Origin: Azonexus sp.
GTDB lineage: Bacteria; Pseudomonadota; Gammaproteobacteria; Burkholderiales; Rhodocyclaceae
DNA: 64,000 nt
Reading direction: 5' to 3'
Assembly: GCA_030824535.1 (NCBI GenBank)
Contig: JAVBXO010000022.1
Coordinates: 1,138-65,137, forward strand
This document shows, piece by piece, positions 54,737-64,000 of the stretch; the first letter of the stretch is position 1, and each line of letters begins with the position of its first letter. The position numbers and the translations under genes were made by a program. Under the pieces are notes generated by a model that was not told the origin of the DNA, searched no databases, and worked only from the letters and a program-made list of their open reading frames with translations.

Positions 54737-55635
54737 CAGCCCCCCCGGGGTCGCTCGCTCCAGTGCAATTTCTGGCGCAGCATGGCGAAATAACTGTATC
54801 CCGGCGGATGCAGGAAACAGATGGTATGTTCAGAACGGCGCAGACGAACGCAATCGCCGCTTTCCAGATCCAGCGTCACTTGACCATCGAAGTGCACGCG
54901 TGGATCGTCGGCATAAGCAACACGCAGTTCAATGTCAGCCCGGTCATTGACGATGATCGGACGATTGCTCAGCGCGTGCGGACATAAGGGCACCAGCGCA
55001 ATGCCGGTCAGGGTCGGGTTCAGGATGGGCCCGCCGGCGGACAGCGCATAGGCGGTAGACCCGGTCGGCGTCGACACGATCAGGCCATCGGAACGCAGGT
55101 TGTAAATAAACTCGCCGTCGATGAAAAGCTCGAACTCGATCATCCGGCCGATGGCGCCCTTATCGACGACCACGTCGTTGAGCGCCATATTCGAGGCGAT
55201 CTCGCGTCCATTGCGGATGACCTCTGCTGCCAGCAACATGCGCTTCTCCGGCACGAAGCGATCATCAAGCAGGTCTTCCATGCAACTCAGCATGTCTTCG
55301 CGGGCGATGTCGGTCATGAAACCCAGACGCCCCTGGTTAACGCCGACCAAGGGCACACAGTAGCGCGCCAAGCGGCGCGCCGCATTCAACATCGTGCCAT
55401 CGCCGCCCAGGACGATGGCCAGATCGGCATGCGCGCCAATGTCGTTGAAACCGCAAGTCACCCAGCGCGACAGGTCGACCTTCTTGCCGATATGTTCGGC
55501 GGTCTCCCGCTCGATGAAAACCGACACACCGCGCTCGTATAAATACTCGGCCAAACGACGCAGCGACTCGGCAATTTCGAGGCTGTGATACTTGCCGACC
55601 AGGGCGATTGTGCGGGGAGCAAAGCTTCTGTTCAT
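54736..55635 (-). CDS. nadK: NAD kinase
   Basis: [27 protein letters not shown]; start MNRSF. Confidence 0.95.
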   Translation of the reverse strand: MNRSFAPRTIALVGKYHSLEIAESLRRLAEYLYERGVSVFIERETAEHIGKKVDLSRWVTCGFNDIGAHADLAIVLGGDGTMLNAARRLARYCVPLVGVNQGRLGFMTDIAREDMLSCMEDLLDDRFVPEKRMLLAAEVIRNGREIASNMALNDVVVDKGAIGRMIEFELFIDGEFIYNLRSDGLIVSTPTGSTAYALSAGGPILNPTLTGIALVPLCPHALSNRPIIVNDRADIELRVAYADDPRVHFDGQVTLDLESGDCVRLRRSEHTICFLHPPGYSYFAMLRQKLHWSERPRGG

Positions 55636-55701
55636 GGGGCCGAATTCTTGCATAAAAAACGCCTTGCCGTGCCAGGCAATCTTTTTTGTACAATCCCCGC
55701 C

Positions 55702-56727
55702 ATGTTGGATGAACGCGCACGCACCCTGCTGAAAACTCTGGTCGAACATTACATCGCCGACGGGCAACCGGTCGGCTCGCGAGCGCTATCGAAATTTTCC
55801 GGGCTCGATCTATCGCCAGCGACGATACGCAACGTGATGGCCGACCTCGAAGAGGCCGGTTTTGTCGCCAGTCCGCACACCTCGGCCGGGCGCATTCCGA
55901 CGGCGCGCGGCTATCGCCTGTTTGTCGACCGCCTGCTTACCATGCAACCGCTTGAAGCCCGCCAACTGGGGCAGATGGAAGAGGCACTGCAAGGGCTACC
56001 GGCCAACCAGGTGATCGCCAGCGCCTCGCAATTGCTCTCCAGCCTGAGTCATTTTGCCGGCGTGGTCATCACCCCGCGGCGAGCCAGCAATCGCATCCGC
56101 CAGATCGAATTCCTCAGCCTCGCCGAAAAGCGCATTTTGCTGATCATTGTCACCAGCGATGGCGACGTGCAGAACCGCATCCTGAGCACCGAAAAGGCTT
56201 ACAGCCCGTCGGAGCTGGTCAGCGCCGCCAACTACCTGAACCAGAATTACGCCGGTCTGGATTTCGAACAGATCCGTCAGCGCCTGAGTCAGGAAATCCA
56301 GCGCCTGCGCGACGATATCAAACCGCTGATGGCCCTCGCGCTCGATGCCGGCGATGCCGCCATGGCCGAAAGCGCCACGCCCTACGTGATTTCCGGCGAA
56401 AAGAACCTGCTCGACGTCGAGGAACTGTCGTCGAACATGAAACGCCTGCGCGAACTGTTCGACCTTTTCGAACAACGCTCCAGCCTGATCCGCCTGCTCG
56501 ACGTTTCCAGTCATGCTGAAGGCGTCCAGATTTTCATCGGTGGTGAATCCGGCATCGCCTCGCTCGACGAGTGCTCGGTCATTGCTGCTCCCTACTCGGT
56601 CGACGGTCAGGTCGTCGGCTCACTCGGCGTCATCGGCCCGACGCGCATGGCCTACGAACGCATGATTCCGATTGTGGACATCACCGCCCGCCTGCTTTCC
56701 AGCGCCCTATCCGGCAAACCCCTATAA
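55702..56727 (+). CDS. hrcA: Heat-inducible transcription repressor HrcA
   Basis: [36 protein letters not shown]. Confidence 0.96.
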   Translation: MLDERARTLLKTLVEHYIADGQPVGSRALSKFSGLDLSPATIRNVMADLEEAGFVASPHTSAGRIPTARGYRLFVDRLLTMQPLEARQLGQMEEALQGLPANQVIASASQLLSSLSHFAGVVITPRRASNRIRQIEFLSLAEKRILLIIVTSDGDVQNRILSTEKAYSPSELVSAANYLNQNYAGLDFEQIRQRLSQEIQRLRDDIKPLMALALDAGDAAMAESATPYVISGEKNLLDVEELSSNMKRLRELFDLFEQRSSLIRLLDVSSHAEGVQIFIGGESGIASLDECSVIAAPYSVDGQVVGSLGVIGPTRMAYERMIPIVDITARLLSSALSGKPL

Positions 56728-56729
56728 AA

Positions 56730-57830
56730 ATGAGCTTTCTCCCCGAACCGCCGCACACGCATGGACAGTCGGCGCACACCGCCATTGTTCTGGTCAATCT
56801 CGGCACGCCCGATGCCCCCACAGCCCCGGCATTGCGCCGCTATCTCAAGCAATTCCTCTCCGACCCGCGCGTTGTCGAAATTCCCAGAGCAATCTGGTGG
56901 CTGATCCTCAACGGCATCATTCTCAACACCCGACCGAAAAAATCCGCTGCCAAATACGCTTCCGTGTGGATGGAGGGCGGTTCGCCGCTGCGCGTCCATA
57001 CCGAGCGCCAGGCCAAGCTGCTCAAGGGCCTGCTCGGCACGCGCGGCAAAACGCCGCTCGTGACCTGGGCCATGCGCTACGGTTCGCCATCGATTCCCGA
57101 CGTGCTGAGCAAACTGAAAACCGACGGCGCAACGCGCATCCTGATCGTGCCGATGTATCCCCAATACGCCGCCAGCACGACTGCCACGGTCATCGATGAC
57201 ACCTGCCGCTGGCTGGGCCAGACCCGTAACCAGCCGGAAATGCGCTTCGTGCGCAATTTCCATGACGATGCCGGCTATATCGATGCCCTTGAGCAATCGG
57301 TGCGTCGCCACTGGCAGAGCAGCGGGCCGCTCGGTGGAAAAGACCGCCTGCTGATCAGTTTTCATGGCCTGCCCAAACGTAGCCTGGACCTGGGTGATCC
57401 TTATTTCTGCGAATGTCACAAAACCGGTCGCCTGCTCGCCGAGCGTCTGCAACTCAAGCCCGAACAGTTCAAAATCTGCTTCCAGTCCCGTTTCGGCAAG
57501 GCCGAGTGGCTGCAACCCTACACTGCCCCGACCCTGGCCGCCTGGGGCAAGGAAGGCATAGCGCGGGTGGATGTCATTTGTCCGGGCTTTGTCGCTGACT
57601 GCCTGGAAACGCTGGAAGAAATTGCCATGGAAGGCAAGCACGACTTCCTCCACAGCGGCGGCAAGGAATATCACTACATCCCGGCACTCAACGAGGATGA
57701 CACCTGGTTGAATGCGCTGGCCGACCTGGTCGAACGCCACCTGGGCGGCTGGCCGATCAATACCGTCGCCAATCCGTCGGCAGCTGCCGCCACACGCGAA
57801 CGCGCGACCAAGCTCGGCGCCAGGACTTGA
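56730..57830 (+). CDS. hemH: Ferrochelatase
   Basis: VNLGTP, PMYPQY, SFHGLP, FQSRFG, DCLETLEE. Confidence 0.96.
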   Translation: MSFLPEPPHTHGQSAHTAIVLVNLGTPDAPTAPALRRYLKQFLSDPRVVEIPRAIWWLILNGIILNTRPKKSAAKYASVWMEGGSPLRVHTERQAKLLKGLLGTRGKTPLVTWAMRYGSPSIPDVLSKLKTDGATRILIVPMYPQYAASTTATVIDDTCRWLGQTRNQPEMRFVRNFHDDAGYIDALEQSVRRHWQSSGPLGGKDRLLISFHGLPKRSLDLGDPYFCECHKTGRLLAERLQLKPEQFKICFQSRFGKAEWLQPYTAPTLAAWGKEGIARVDVICPGFVADCLETLEEIAMEGKHDFLHSGGKEYHYIPALNEDDTWLNALADLVERHLGGWPINTVANPSAAAATRERATKLGART

Positions 57831-57882
57831 AAAATGCCATCGCGGCCCATACATCAGTCTAATCTGATTGATGGAGTCCGCG

Positions 57883-58317
57883 ATGAGCGATCTGCTACAT
57901 GTCGTCTGTCCACACTGTTCTGCGGTCAACCGCCTGCCAGAGGCAAAATTGGCCGAGCGCCCCAAATGCGGGCAATGCCACCAAGCGCTTTTTGTTGGCG
58001 AACCGGTCGCGCTGACGGCTGCCAACTTTGATCGTCACCTGACGCGCAGCGACCTGCCCGTCGTGGTCGATTTCTGGGCGCCGTGGTGTGGCCCCTGCAA
58101 GATGATGGCGCCCAATTTTCACCAAGCCGCCATCGACCTCGAGCCCAAGGTCCGACTGGCCAAGCTCAATACCGAAGAAGAACAGCAACTGGCGGCGCGC
58201 TACAACATCCGCAGCATTCCGACGCTGGCGATATTCAGGAATGGTCGGGAAATTGCCCGCCAAAGCGGCGCGCTGGATCTGGCTGCACTGAAACGCTGGA
58301 TACAGTCCAGCCTGTAA
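57883..58317 (+). CDS. trxC: Thioredoxin 2 (Zn-finger thioredoxin)
   Basis: CPHC...CGQC N-domain and WCGPC active site. Confidence 0.93.
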   Translation: MSDLLHVVCPHCSAVNRLPEAKLAERPKCGQCHQALFVGEPVALTAANFDRHLTRSDLPVVVDFWAPWCGPCKMMAPNFHQAAIDLEPKVRLAKLNTEEEQQLAARYNIRSIPTLAIFRNGREIARQSGALDLAALKRWIQSSL

Positions 58318-58343
58318 GCCCTGGTCGACGACACGCGACAGAC

Positions 58344-59699
58344 TCAGTCGTCGACCAGGCGCAACTGCAGCTTGCTTTGACTCAGCGCCGCCAGCTGCAT
58401 CGATCCGGTCACTGCCGGCAGCCCCTGCTGGGCAGCAATCCGGTTAACTTCGCGCAGGCGCTTGATGACGACCGCCATCAGGACGCTGCGCAGCCGCTCG
58501 TTCAGTTCTTCGGATGACAAGGCCAGGGCACTGGCGTGAATTTCCAGGAAGCGCGTCGGCTCCAGCGTGACCACGGTGGCGCAGCGCAGATCGCTGCTCG
58601 GGTGCAGATAGGCCATTTCACCCACCGCCTCACTCGGCCCCAAACGGCATAAGGCCCGCCCTTCCAGGGAAACTTCGACCGAGCCGGAGATGATCACGCC
58701 GAACATCTTGTTGTGTTCGCCCTCGCTGATCAGCGCCACATTGGGCTGAATCTCGCGCCAGACAGCAACGCGCAGGATTTCCCAAAGCTCGACATTTTCA
58801 AACTCGACAAAAAAGGACAGCTGGCGCAGTTGTTCGAAATGCGTGCAATCCTGCGCCGTCGTATCCTCGTCGAGGATCTGGTAGCGCACGGCAGAAATAT
58901 CCTTGGCCATTTCCGCGCCATTGCGATAGCGGTTGTAAAGATCCTTTTCCAGCGCACGCTGCATGATCCCGTTCAAGCCTTCCGGCAAACTGGGGTTCAG
59001 CGCGGTCAACTGCGGGGCGTCGGTATTGACGATCTTGTAAATCAGGGTCGCCTGGTTATTGGCGCGAAATGGCAAACGTCCGGTCAGCAACTGGAACAAG
59101 ACCACGCCGAGGGAATAGATGTCGGTTTTCTGGTTAAGCGGATAAGCCTTGATCTGTTCCGGCGACATGTAAGCCGGCGACCCCACCCCCATGATGAAGG
59201 TTGAATCGCGGTCCATGTCCTTGTTGATATTCAGCGCCAGGCCAAAATCGGCGATTTTGGGCTCGTCATTGGCGGCGACCATGATGTTGGCCGGCTTGAT
59301 GTCGCGATGGATGATGCCCTGGCGGTAAGCAGCATCAAGGGCCATGCAGCATTTAAAAATGATGCCCATGACCCGGTGCATCGGCAGCAGCTTGTCGATC
59401 CGGCAATGCTGCTCGAGACTGAAGCCCTGGACGTACTCCATCGCCATGTAGGCGAAATCCTTCTCGACCACGGCTTCGTACACCCGGACGATATTCGGGT
59501 GATCCATACGCTGGGAGACCATGCTTTCATTCTGGAACAGCTTGCGCATCCGGCGCGACATGGCGCCGTTATCCTGACCAAACTTGATGACCTTGACCGC
59601 GACCTGAACGTCCGAACCCGGCTGTTCACAGAGGTAGACAGTCGCCGTGGCGCCCTTGCCCAGCTCTCGAATTACGCGGTATTTGCCAATTTCTTCCAT
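58344..59699 (-). CDS. Hanks-type Ser/Thr kinase with C-terminal cyclic-nucleotide-binding domain
   Basis: GKGATA, VAVK, HRDIKPAN, DFG, GSPAYMSPEQ; C-terminal GEMAYL...RCATV. Confidence 0.88.
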   Translation of the reverse strand: MEEIGKYRVIRELGKGATATVYLCEQPGSDVQVAVKVIKFGQDNGAMSRRMRKLFQNESMVSQRMDHPNIVRVYEAVVEKDFAYMAMEYVQGFSLEQHCRIDKLLPMHRVMGIIFKCCMALDAAYRQGIIHRDIKPANIMVAANDEPKIADFGLALNINKDMDRDSTFIMGVGSPAYMSPEQIKAYPLNQKTDIYSLGVVLFQLLTGRLPFRANNQATLIYKIVNTDAPQLTALNPSLPEGLNGIMQRALEKDLYNRYRNGAEMAKDISAVRYQILDEDTTAQDCTHFEQLRQLSFFVEFENVELWEILRVAVWREIQPNVALISEGEHNKMFGVIISGSVEVSLEGRALCRLGPSEAVGEMAYLHPSSDLRCATVVTLEPTRFLEIHASALALSSEELNERLRSVLMAVVIKRLREVNRIAAQQGLPAVTGSMQLAALSQSKLQLRLVDD

Positions 59700-59791
59700 G
59701 ACCTGCAGCGGAAAATAACTTAGCTGAATATCGTAGCACGCACCGTGACAAGAGCTTCCGCAAGAAATCGAAAGAAATTGCAAAAAGCGCT

Positions 59792-59820
59792 CTTGAAATA
59801 CCTGCTTACAACCCCAAGAT
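59792..59820 (+). promoter_or_regulatory. sigma32 promoter of grpE
   Basis: CTTGAAA-N13-CCCCAAGAT. Confidence 0.8.
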
Positions 59821-59849
59821 TCAGCCCCAGTACTTTTGGAGAATCAGGC

Positions 59850-60407
59850 ATGACCACCCCCGAAAACACCCAGGAAGCCATGCTGGGCAATGCAGCAGCC
59901 CCCGCACAAGGCCCTGTCGAAACCCCGGCAGAAAAGAACGTTGACACCATCCCCAGCCTGGAAGAGCAGATCAAGGGCCTGGAACTGAAGGCCGCCGAGC
60001 ATTACGATGCCTGGCTGCGCGCCAAGGCCGAAGGCGAAAACATCCGCCGCCGCGCTCAGGACGACATCAGCAAGGCACACAAGTTTGCCGTCGAAAAATT
60101 TGCTGGCGAACTGCTGGCCGTCAAGGACAGCCTGGAAGCCGCGCTGGCGGTCAAGGAACAAACCGTCGACAGCTTCAAGTCCGGCGTTGAGCTGACCCTG
60201 AAGCAACTGGTTTCCGCCTTCGACAAGAATGCCCTGATCGAGCTCAATCCGGTCGGCGAGAAATTCGACCCGCACAAGCACCAGGCGATTGGCATGGTCG
60301 ATGCCGAACAGGAAGCCAATACCGTTGTCACCGTGCTGCAAAAGGGTTACCTGATTGCCGAACGCACCCTGCGTCCGGCACTGGTCATGGTCGCCAAGGG
60401 CAAATAA
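59850..60407 (+). CDS. grpE: Nucleotide exchange factor GrpE
   Basis: [24 protein letters not shown]...LRPALVMV; start after GGAG. Confidence 0.96.
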   Translation: MTTPENTQEAMLGNAAAPAQGPVETPAEKNVDTIPSLEEQIKGLELKAAEHYDAWLRAKAEGENIRRRAQDDISKAHKFAVEKFAGELLAVKDSLEAALAVKEQTVDSFKSGVELTLKQLVSAFDKNALIELNPVGEKFDPHKHQAIGMVDAEQEANTVVTVLQKGYLIAERTLRPALVMVAKGK

Positions 60408-60417
60408 GCAAAACCGG

Positions 60418-60447
60418 GCCATTTTTGCGGTCGACCGCAAAAATGGC
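60418..60447. repeat. 30-bp perfect palindrome
   Basis: GCCATTTTTGCGGTC|GACCGCAAAAATGGC. Confidence 0.9.
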
Positions 60448-60474
60448 TTGAAATTGGGCCAAGCATCCCCAATT
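60447..60474 (+). promoter_or_regulatory. sigma32 promoter of dnaK
   Basis: CTTGAAA-N13-CCCCAATT. Confidence 0.8.
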
Positions 60475-60512
60475 CACGAACATCAGCAATTTACCTCTCA
60501 AGGACACAGAAC

Positions 60513-62447
60513 ATGGGCAAGATTATTGGTATTGACCTCGGCACGACGAACAGCTGCGTCGCCATCATGGAAGGCGGCACGCCGAAGGTCATCGAAAACT
60601 CCGAAGGCGCTCGCACCACCCCGTCGATCATCGGCTACTCCGAAGATGGCGAAATCCTCTGCGGCGCACCGGCCAAGCGCCAGGCCGTGACCAACCCGCG
60701 GAACACGCTGTACGCCGTCAAGCGCCTGATCGGTCGCCGCTTCGAAGAAAAAGAAGTGCAGAAGGACATCTCGCTGATGCCTTACAGCATCGTCAAGGCG
60801 GATAACGGCGACGCCTGGGTTTCCGTACGCGACAAGAAGATTGCCCCGCCGCAGGTTTCTGCTGAAGTGCTGCGCAAGATGAAGAAGACTGCCGAAGACT
60901 ACCTCGGTGAAGAAGTCACCGAAGCGGTCATTACCGTGCCGGCTTACTTCAACGACAGCCAGCGCCAGGCGACCAAGGACGCCGGCCGCATCGCCGGCCT
61001 GGAAGTCAAGCGCATCATCAACGAACCGACCGCCGCCGCACTGGCGTTCGGTATGGACAAGTCGTCCAGCAAGGACCGCAAGATCGCCGTGTATGACCTC
61101 GGCGGCGGCACCTTCGACATCTCGATCATTGAAATCGCCGACGTCGATGGCGAAAAGCAGTTCGAAGTGCTGGCCACCAACGGCGACACCTTCTTGGGCG
61201 GCGAAGACTTTGACCAGCGCCTGATCGACTACATCATCGACGAATTCAAGAAGGAATCCGGCGTTGACCTGAAGAAGGACGTGCTCTCCCTGCAACGTCT
61301 GAAGGAAGCGGCCGAAAAGGCCAAGATTGAGTTGTCGTCGAGCCAGCAGACCGAAATTAATCTGCCTTACATCACCGCTGATGCCTCCGGTCCGAAGCAC
61401 CTGGCGCTGAAGATCACCCGTGCCAAGTTCGAATCATTGGTCGATGAACTGGTCGAGCGTACCGTCGCCCCCTGCGTCATGGCCCTCAAGGATGCTGGTT
61501 GCAAGATCGGCGACATCGACGACGTCATCCTGGTCGGCGGCCAGTCGCGCATGCCCAAGGTGCAGGACAAGGTCAAGGAAATCTTCGGCCGCGAACCGCG
61601 CAAGGACGTTAACCCGGATGAAGCCGTCGCCGTTGGCGCCGCCATTCAGGGCGGCGTGCTGCAAGGCGAAGTCAAGGACGTGCTGCTGCTCGACGTGACC
61701 CCGCTGTCGCTGGGCATCGAGACGCTGGGCAGCATCATGACCAAGCTGATCCAGAAGAACACGACGATCCCGACCAAAGCCTCGCAAGTCTTCTCGACTG
61801 CCGACGACAATCAAGGCGCCGTGACCATCCACGTGCTGCAGGGCGAACGTGAAGTCGCTACCGGCAACAAGAGCCTCGGCCAGTTCAACCTCGAAGGCAT
61901 CCCGCCGGCCCCGCGTGGCACGCCGCAGATCGAAGTCATCTTCGACATCGACGCCAACGGCATCATGCACGTCACGGCCAAGGACAAGGCCACCGGCAAG
62001 GAAAACAAGATCACCATCAAGGCCAACTCCGGTCTGTCCGAAGCCGAAATCCAGGCGATGGTCAAGGATGCCGAGCTGCACGCCGAAGAAGACAAGAAAG
62101 CGCACGAACTGGCTGATGCCCGCAACTCGGCCGACGGCATGGTGCACATGGTCAAGAAGTCGCTGAACGAATACGGTGACAAGCTCGACGCTGGCGAAAA
62201 GGCCACCATCGAAGCCGCCATCAAGGATGTTGAGGATGTGCTGCGCGACGGCGACAAGGACGTCATCACCGCCAAGACCGAAGCTCTCGGTGCTGCGGCC
62301 CAGAAACTGGGTGAAAAGATGTACGCCCAGCAACAACAAGCCGAAGGTGCCGCTGCCGGCGCTGAAGGCGGCGCTCAGCAACAGGCCAAGAAGGACGAAG
62401 GCGACGTCGTCGACGCCGAGTTCACCGAGGTCAAAGACAAGAAGTAA
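60513..62447 (+). CDS. dnaK: Chaperone DnaK
   Basis: [18 protein letters not shown]-terminal DAEFTEV. Confidence 0.98.
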   Translation: MGKIIGIDLGTTNSCVAIMEGGTPKVIENSEGARTTPSIIGYSEDGEILCGAPAKRQAVTNPRNTLYAVKRLIGRRFEEKEVQKDISLMPYSIVKADNGDAWVSVRDKKIAPPQVSAEVLRKMKKTAEDYLGEEVTEAVITVPAYFNDSQRQATKDAGRIAGLEVKRIINEPTAAALAFGMDKSSSKDRKIAVYDLGGGTFDISIIEIADVDGEKQFEVLATNGDTFLGGEDFDQRLIDYIIDEFKKESGVDLKKDVLSLQRLKEAAEKAKIELSSSQQTEINLPYITADASGPKHLALKITRAKFESLVDELVERTVAPCVMALKDAGCKIGDIDDVILVGGQSRMPKVQDKVKEIFGREPRKDVNPDEAVAVGAAIQGGVLQGEVKDVLLLDVTPLSLGIETLGSIMTKLIQKNTTIPTKASQVFSTADDNQGAVTIHVLQGEREVATGNKSLGQFNLEGIPPAPRGTPQIEVIFDIDANGIMHVTAKDKATGKENKITIKANSGLSEAEIQAMVKDAELHAEEDKKAHELADARNSADGMVHMVKKSLNEYGDKLDAGEKATIEAAIKDVEDVLRDGDKDVITAKTEALGAAAQKLGEKMYAQQQQAEGAAAGAEGGAQQQAKKDEGDVVDAEFTEVKDKK

Positions 62448-62478
62448 GGATCGCGGATTGAGCGATTAGCCGCTAACA

Positions 62479-62512
62479 GCCGGGACTGGGAAATACTCCC
62501 CGCCCCGGCTTT
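62479..62512 (+). terminator. Hairpin / weak terminator after dnaK
   Basis: AGCCGGG...CCCGGCTTT. Confidence 0.5.
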
Positions 62513-62577
62513 AACCATCCTGATCCTTGATCCTCCTGTAGATCACTCGATCCTAACCACTAATTCCTCGATCCTAA

Positions 62578-63714
62578 ATGAGCAAACGCGATTTTTACGA
62601 AATTCTCGGGGTCAACCGCGACGCCTCCGACGAAGAAATCAAGAAGGCCTACCGCAAGCTGGCCATGAAGCATCACCCCGACCGCAATCCGGACAATCCT
62701 GGCGCCGAAGAGAAGTTCAAGGAAGCCAAGGAAGCCTACGAGATTCTGTCGGATAGTCAAAAACGTGCAGCTTACGACCAGTACGGTCACGCCGGCGTTG
62801 ACCCGCAGGCGGGCATGGGCGGTGGCGGATTCGGTGGTGGTAACGCCGGCTTCTCCGATGCCTTCGGCGGCATTTTTGACGAGATCTTTGGCGGCCGGGC
62901 TGGCGGTGGCGGCGGACGCGCCAACGTCTATCGCGGCGCCGACCTGCGCTACAACCTTGAAATCACCCTCGAGCAGGCCGCGCACGGTACCGAGACCAAG
63001 ATTCGCATTCCGACCATGGAAGAATGCGAACCCTGTCACGGCTCGGGCGCCAAGCCTGGCACCCAGCCCAAGACTTGCCCGACCTGTAATGGCTCCGGCC
63101 AGGTTCGCCTGCAACAGGGCTTTTTCTCGATCCAGCAGACCTGCCATAAATGTCACGGCTCCGGCCGCTTCATTGCCGATCCCTGCAAGAGCTGCTCGGG
63201 TTCGGGTCGCATCAAGCAACACAAGACGCTGTCGGTCAAAATTCCGGCGGGAGTCGATGAAGGTGATCGCATCCGCCTGACCGGCGAAGGTGAGCATGGC
63301 GTCAACGGCGGCCCACCGGGCGACCTCTACGTGCAGATCCACCTCAAGCCGCATGCCGTATTCACCCGCGACCACAACGACCTGCATTGCGAGATGCCGA
63401 TTTCCTTCACCACCGCCGCGCTGGGTGGAGAAATCGAAATCCCGACACTGGATGGTGCCGCAGCCATCAAGATCCCCGCCGAAACCCAGTCAGGCCGGGT
63501 CTTCCGCTTGCGCGGCAAAGGCATCAAGGGGGTGCGCAGCCACACCCATGGCGATTTGCTCTGCCATGTCGTCGTTGAAACACCGGTCAAGCTGACCGAG
63601 CGCCAACGGGAACTTTTGCGTGAGCTCGAAGAATCGAGCAAGGATAGCGACCACAAGCACAATCCTCGCGCAAAATCCTGGATGGACAAGGTCAAGGAGT
63701 TTTTTGGCGACTAA
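62578..63714 (+). CDS. dnaJ: Chaperone DnaJ
   Basis: HPD J-domain, G/F region, four CxxCxGxG repeats. Confidence 0.98.
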   Translation: MSKRDFYEILGVNRDASDEEIKKAYRKLAMKHHPDRNPDNPGAEEKFKEAKEAYEILSDSQKRAAYDQYGHAGVDPQAGMGGGGFGGGNAGFSDAFGGIFDEIFGGRAGGGGGRANVYRGADLRYNLEITLEQAAHGTETKIRIPTMEECEPCHGSGAKPGTQPKTCPTCNGSGQVRLQQGFFSIQQTCHKCHGSGRFIADPCKSCSGSGRIKQHKTLSVKIPAGVDEGDRIRLTGEGEHGVNGGPPGDLYVQIHLKPHAVFTRDHNDLHCEMPISFTTAALGGEIEIPTLDGAAAIKIPAETQSGRVFRLRGKGIKGVRSHTHGDLLCHVVVETPVKLTERQRELLRELEESSKDSDHKHNPRAKSWMDKVKEFFGD

Positions 63715-63731
63715 GCCGCCATTTTCTCGAG

Positions 63732-63767
63732 AAAAAGCCCCGAAATTCGGGGCTTTTTTATTTTTTT
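63732..63767 (+). terminator. Bidirectional intrinsic terminator after dnaJ
   Basis: AAAAAGCCCCGAA-a-TTCGGGGCTTTTTT. Confidence 0.88.
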
Positions 63768-63840
63768 AACGCGTTTTTTCCGGCTCGGATTACACTAGCA
63801 GGTCCAGAGGATTACAAACCAAAACAGGGGAGATAGACCA

Positions 63841-64000
63841 ATGAAAGTCTTCAAGAACCTGGCCGCCATTGGCCTCATATCACTATCGGCGCTGACTTGC
63901 TGGGCCGAACCCGGCGTCAGCGACAATAGCATCACCATCGGCATGTCTTCACCATTCTCGGGACCGAATGGTGCTTACGGCAATGACATGCGACAAGTCA
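63841..64000 (+). CDS. ABC transporter substrate-binding protein (LivJ/leucine-binding type), partial
   Basis: MKVFKNLAAIGLISLSALTCWA signal peptide, then EPGVSDNSITIGMSSPFSGPNGAYG; GGGGAG RBS. Confidence 0.75.
   Translation, partial: MKVFKNLAAIGLISLSALTCWAEPGVSDNSITIGMSSPFSGPNGAYGNDMRQV

Overview
A mostly core-genome segment of a GC-rich betaproteobacterium. The gene order and protein style suggest Rhodocyclales (Dechloromonas/Azonexus-like), which is an inference. Left to right: a partial NYN-domain gene and a lipoprotein; a more AT-rich surface-glycan-like islet (sulfotransferase-like protein, GT2 glycosyltransferase, multi-TPR protein, coiled-coil repeat protein); and an NAD-reducing [NiFe]-hydrogenase operon hoxFUYHW with an FNR-type promoter. 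Divergent from hox is a fabI / MaoC-pta / ackA cluster interrupted by a coupled pair: a minimal T7-gp0.7-like kinase and a CX5R phosphatase (top candidate for an undescribed system). Next come class II ribonucleotide reductase nrdJ with tandem NrdR boxes, a Nudix hydrolase, the complete nuoA-N operon, tRNA-Leu(GAG), secG, tpiA, glmM, folP, ftsH, rlmE, yhbY, greA and carAB. The right end holds a hybrid histidine kinase, dapB, bamE, fur, a GDT1 transporter, recN, nadK, hrcA, hemH, trxC, a Ser/Thr kinase with a cNMP-binding domain, sigma32-driven grpE-dnaK-dnaJ, and the start of an ABC substrate-binding protein. No CRISPR array, rRNA, integrase or transposase was seen. All calls come from reading motifs by eye; no database searches were run. 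Several start codons were moved downstream of the ORF-track start.
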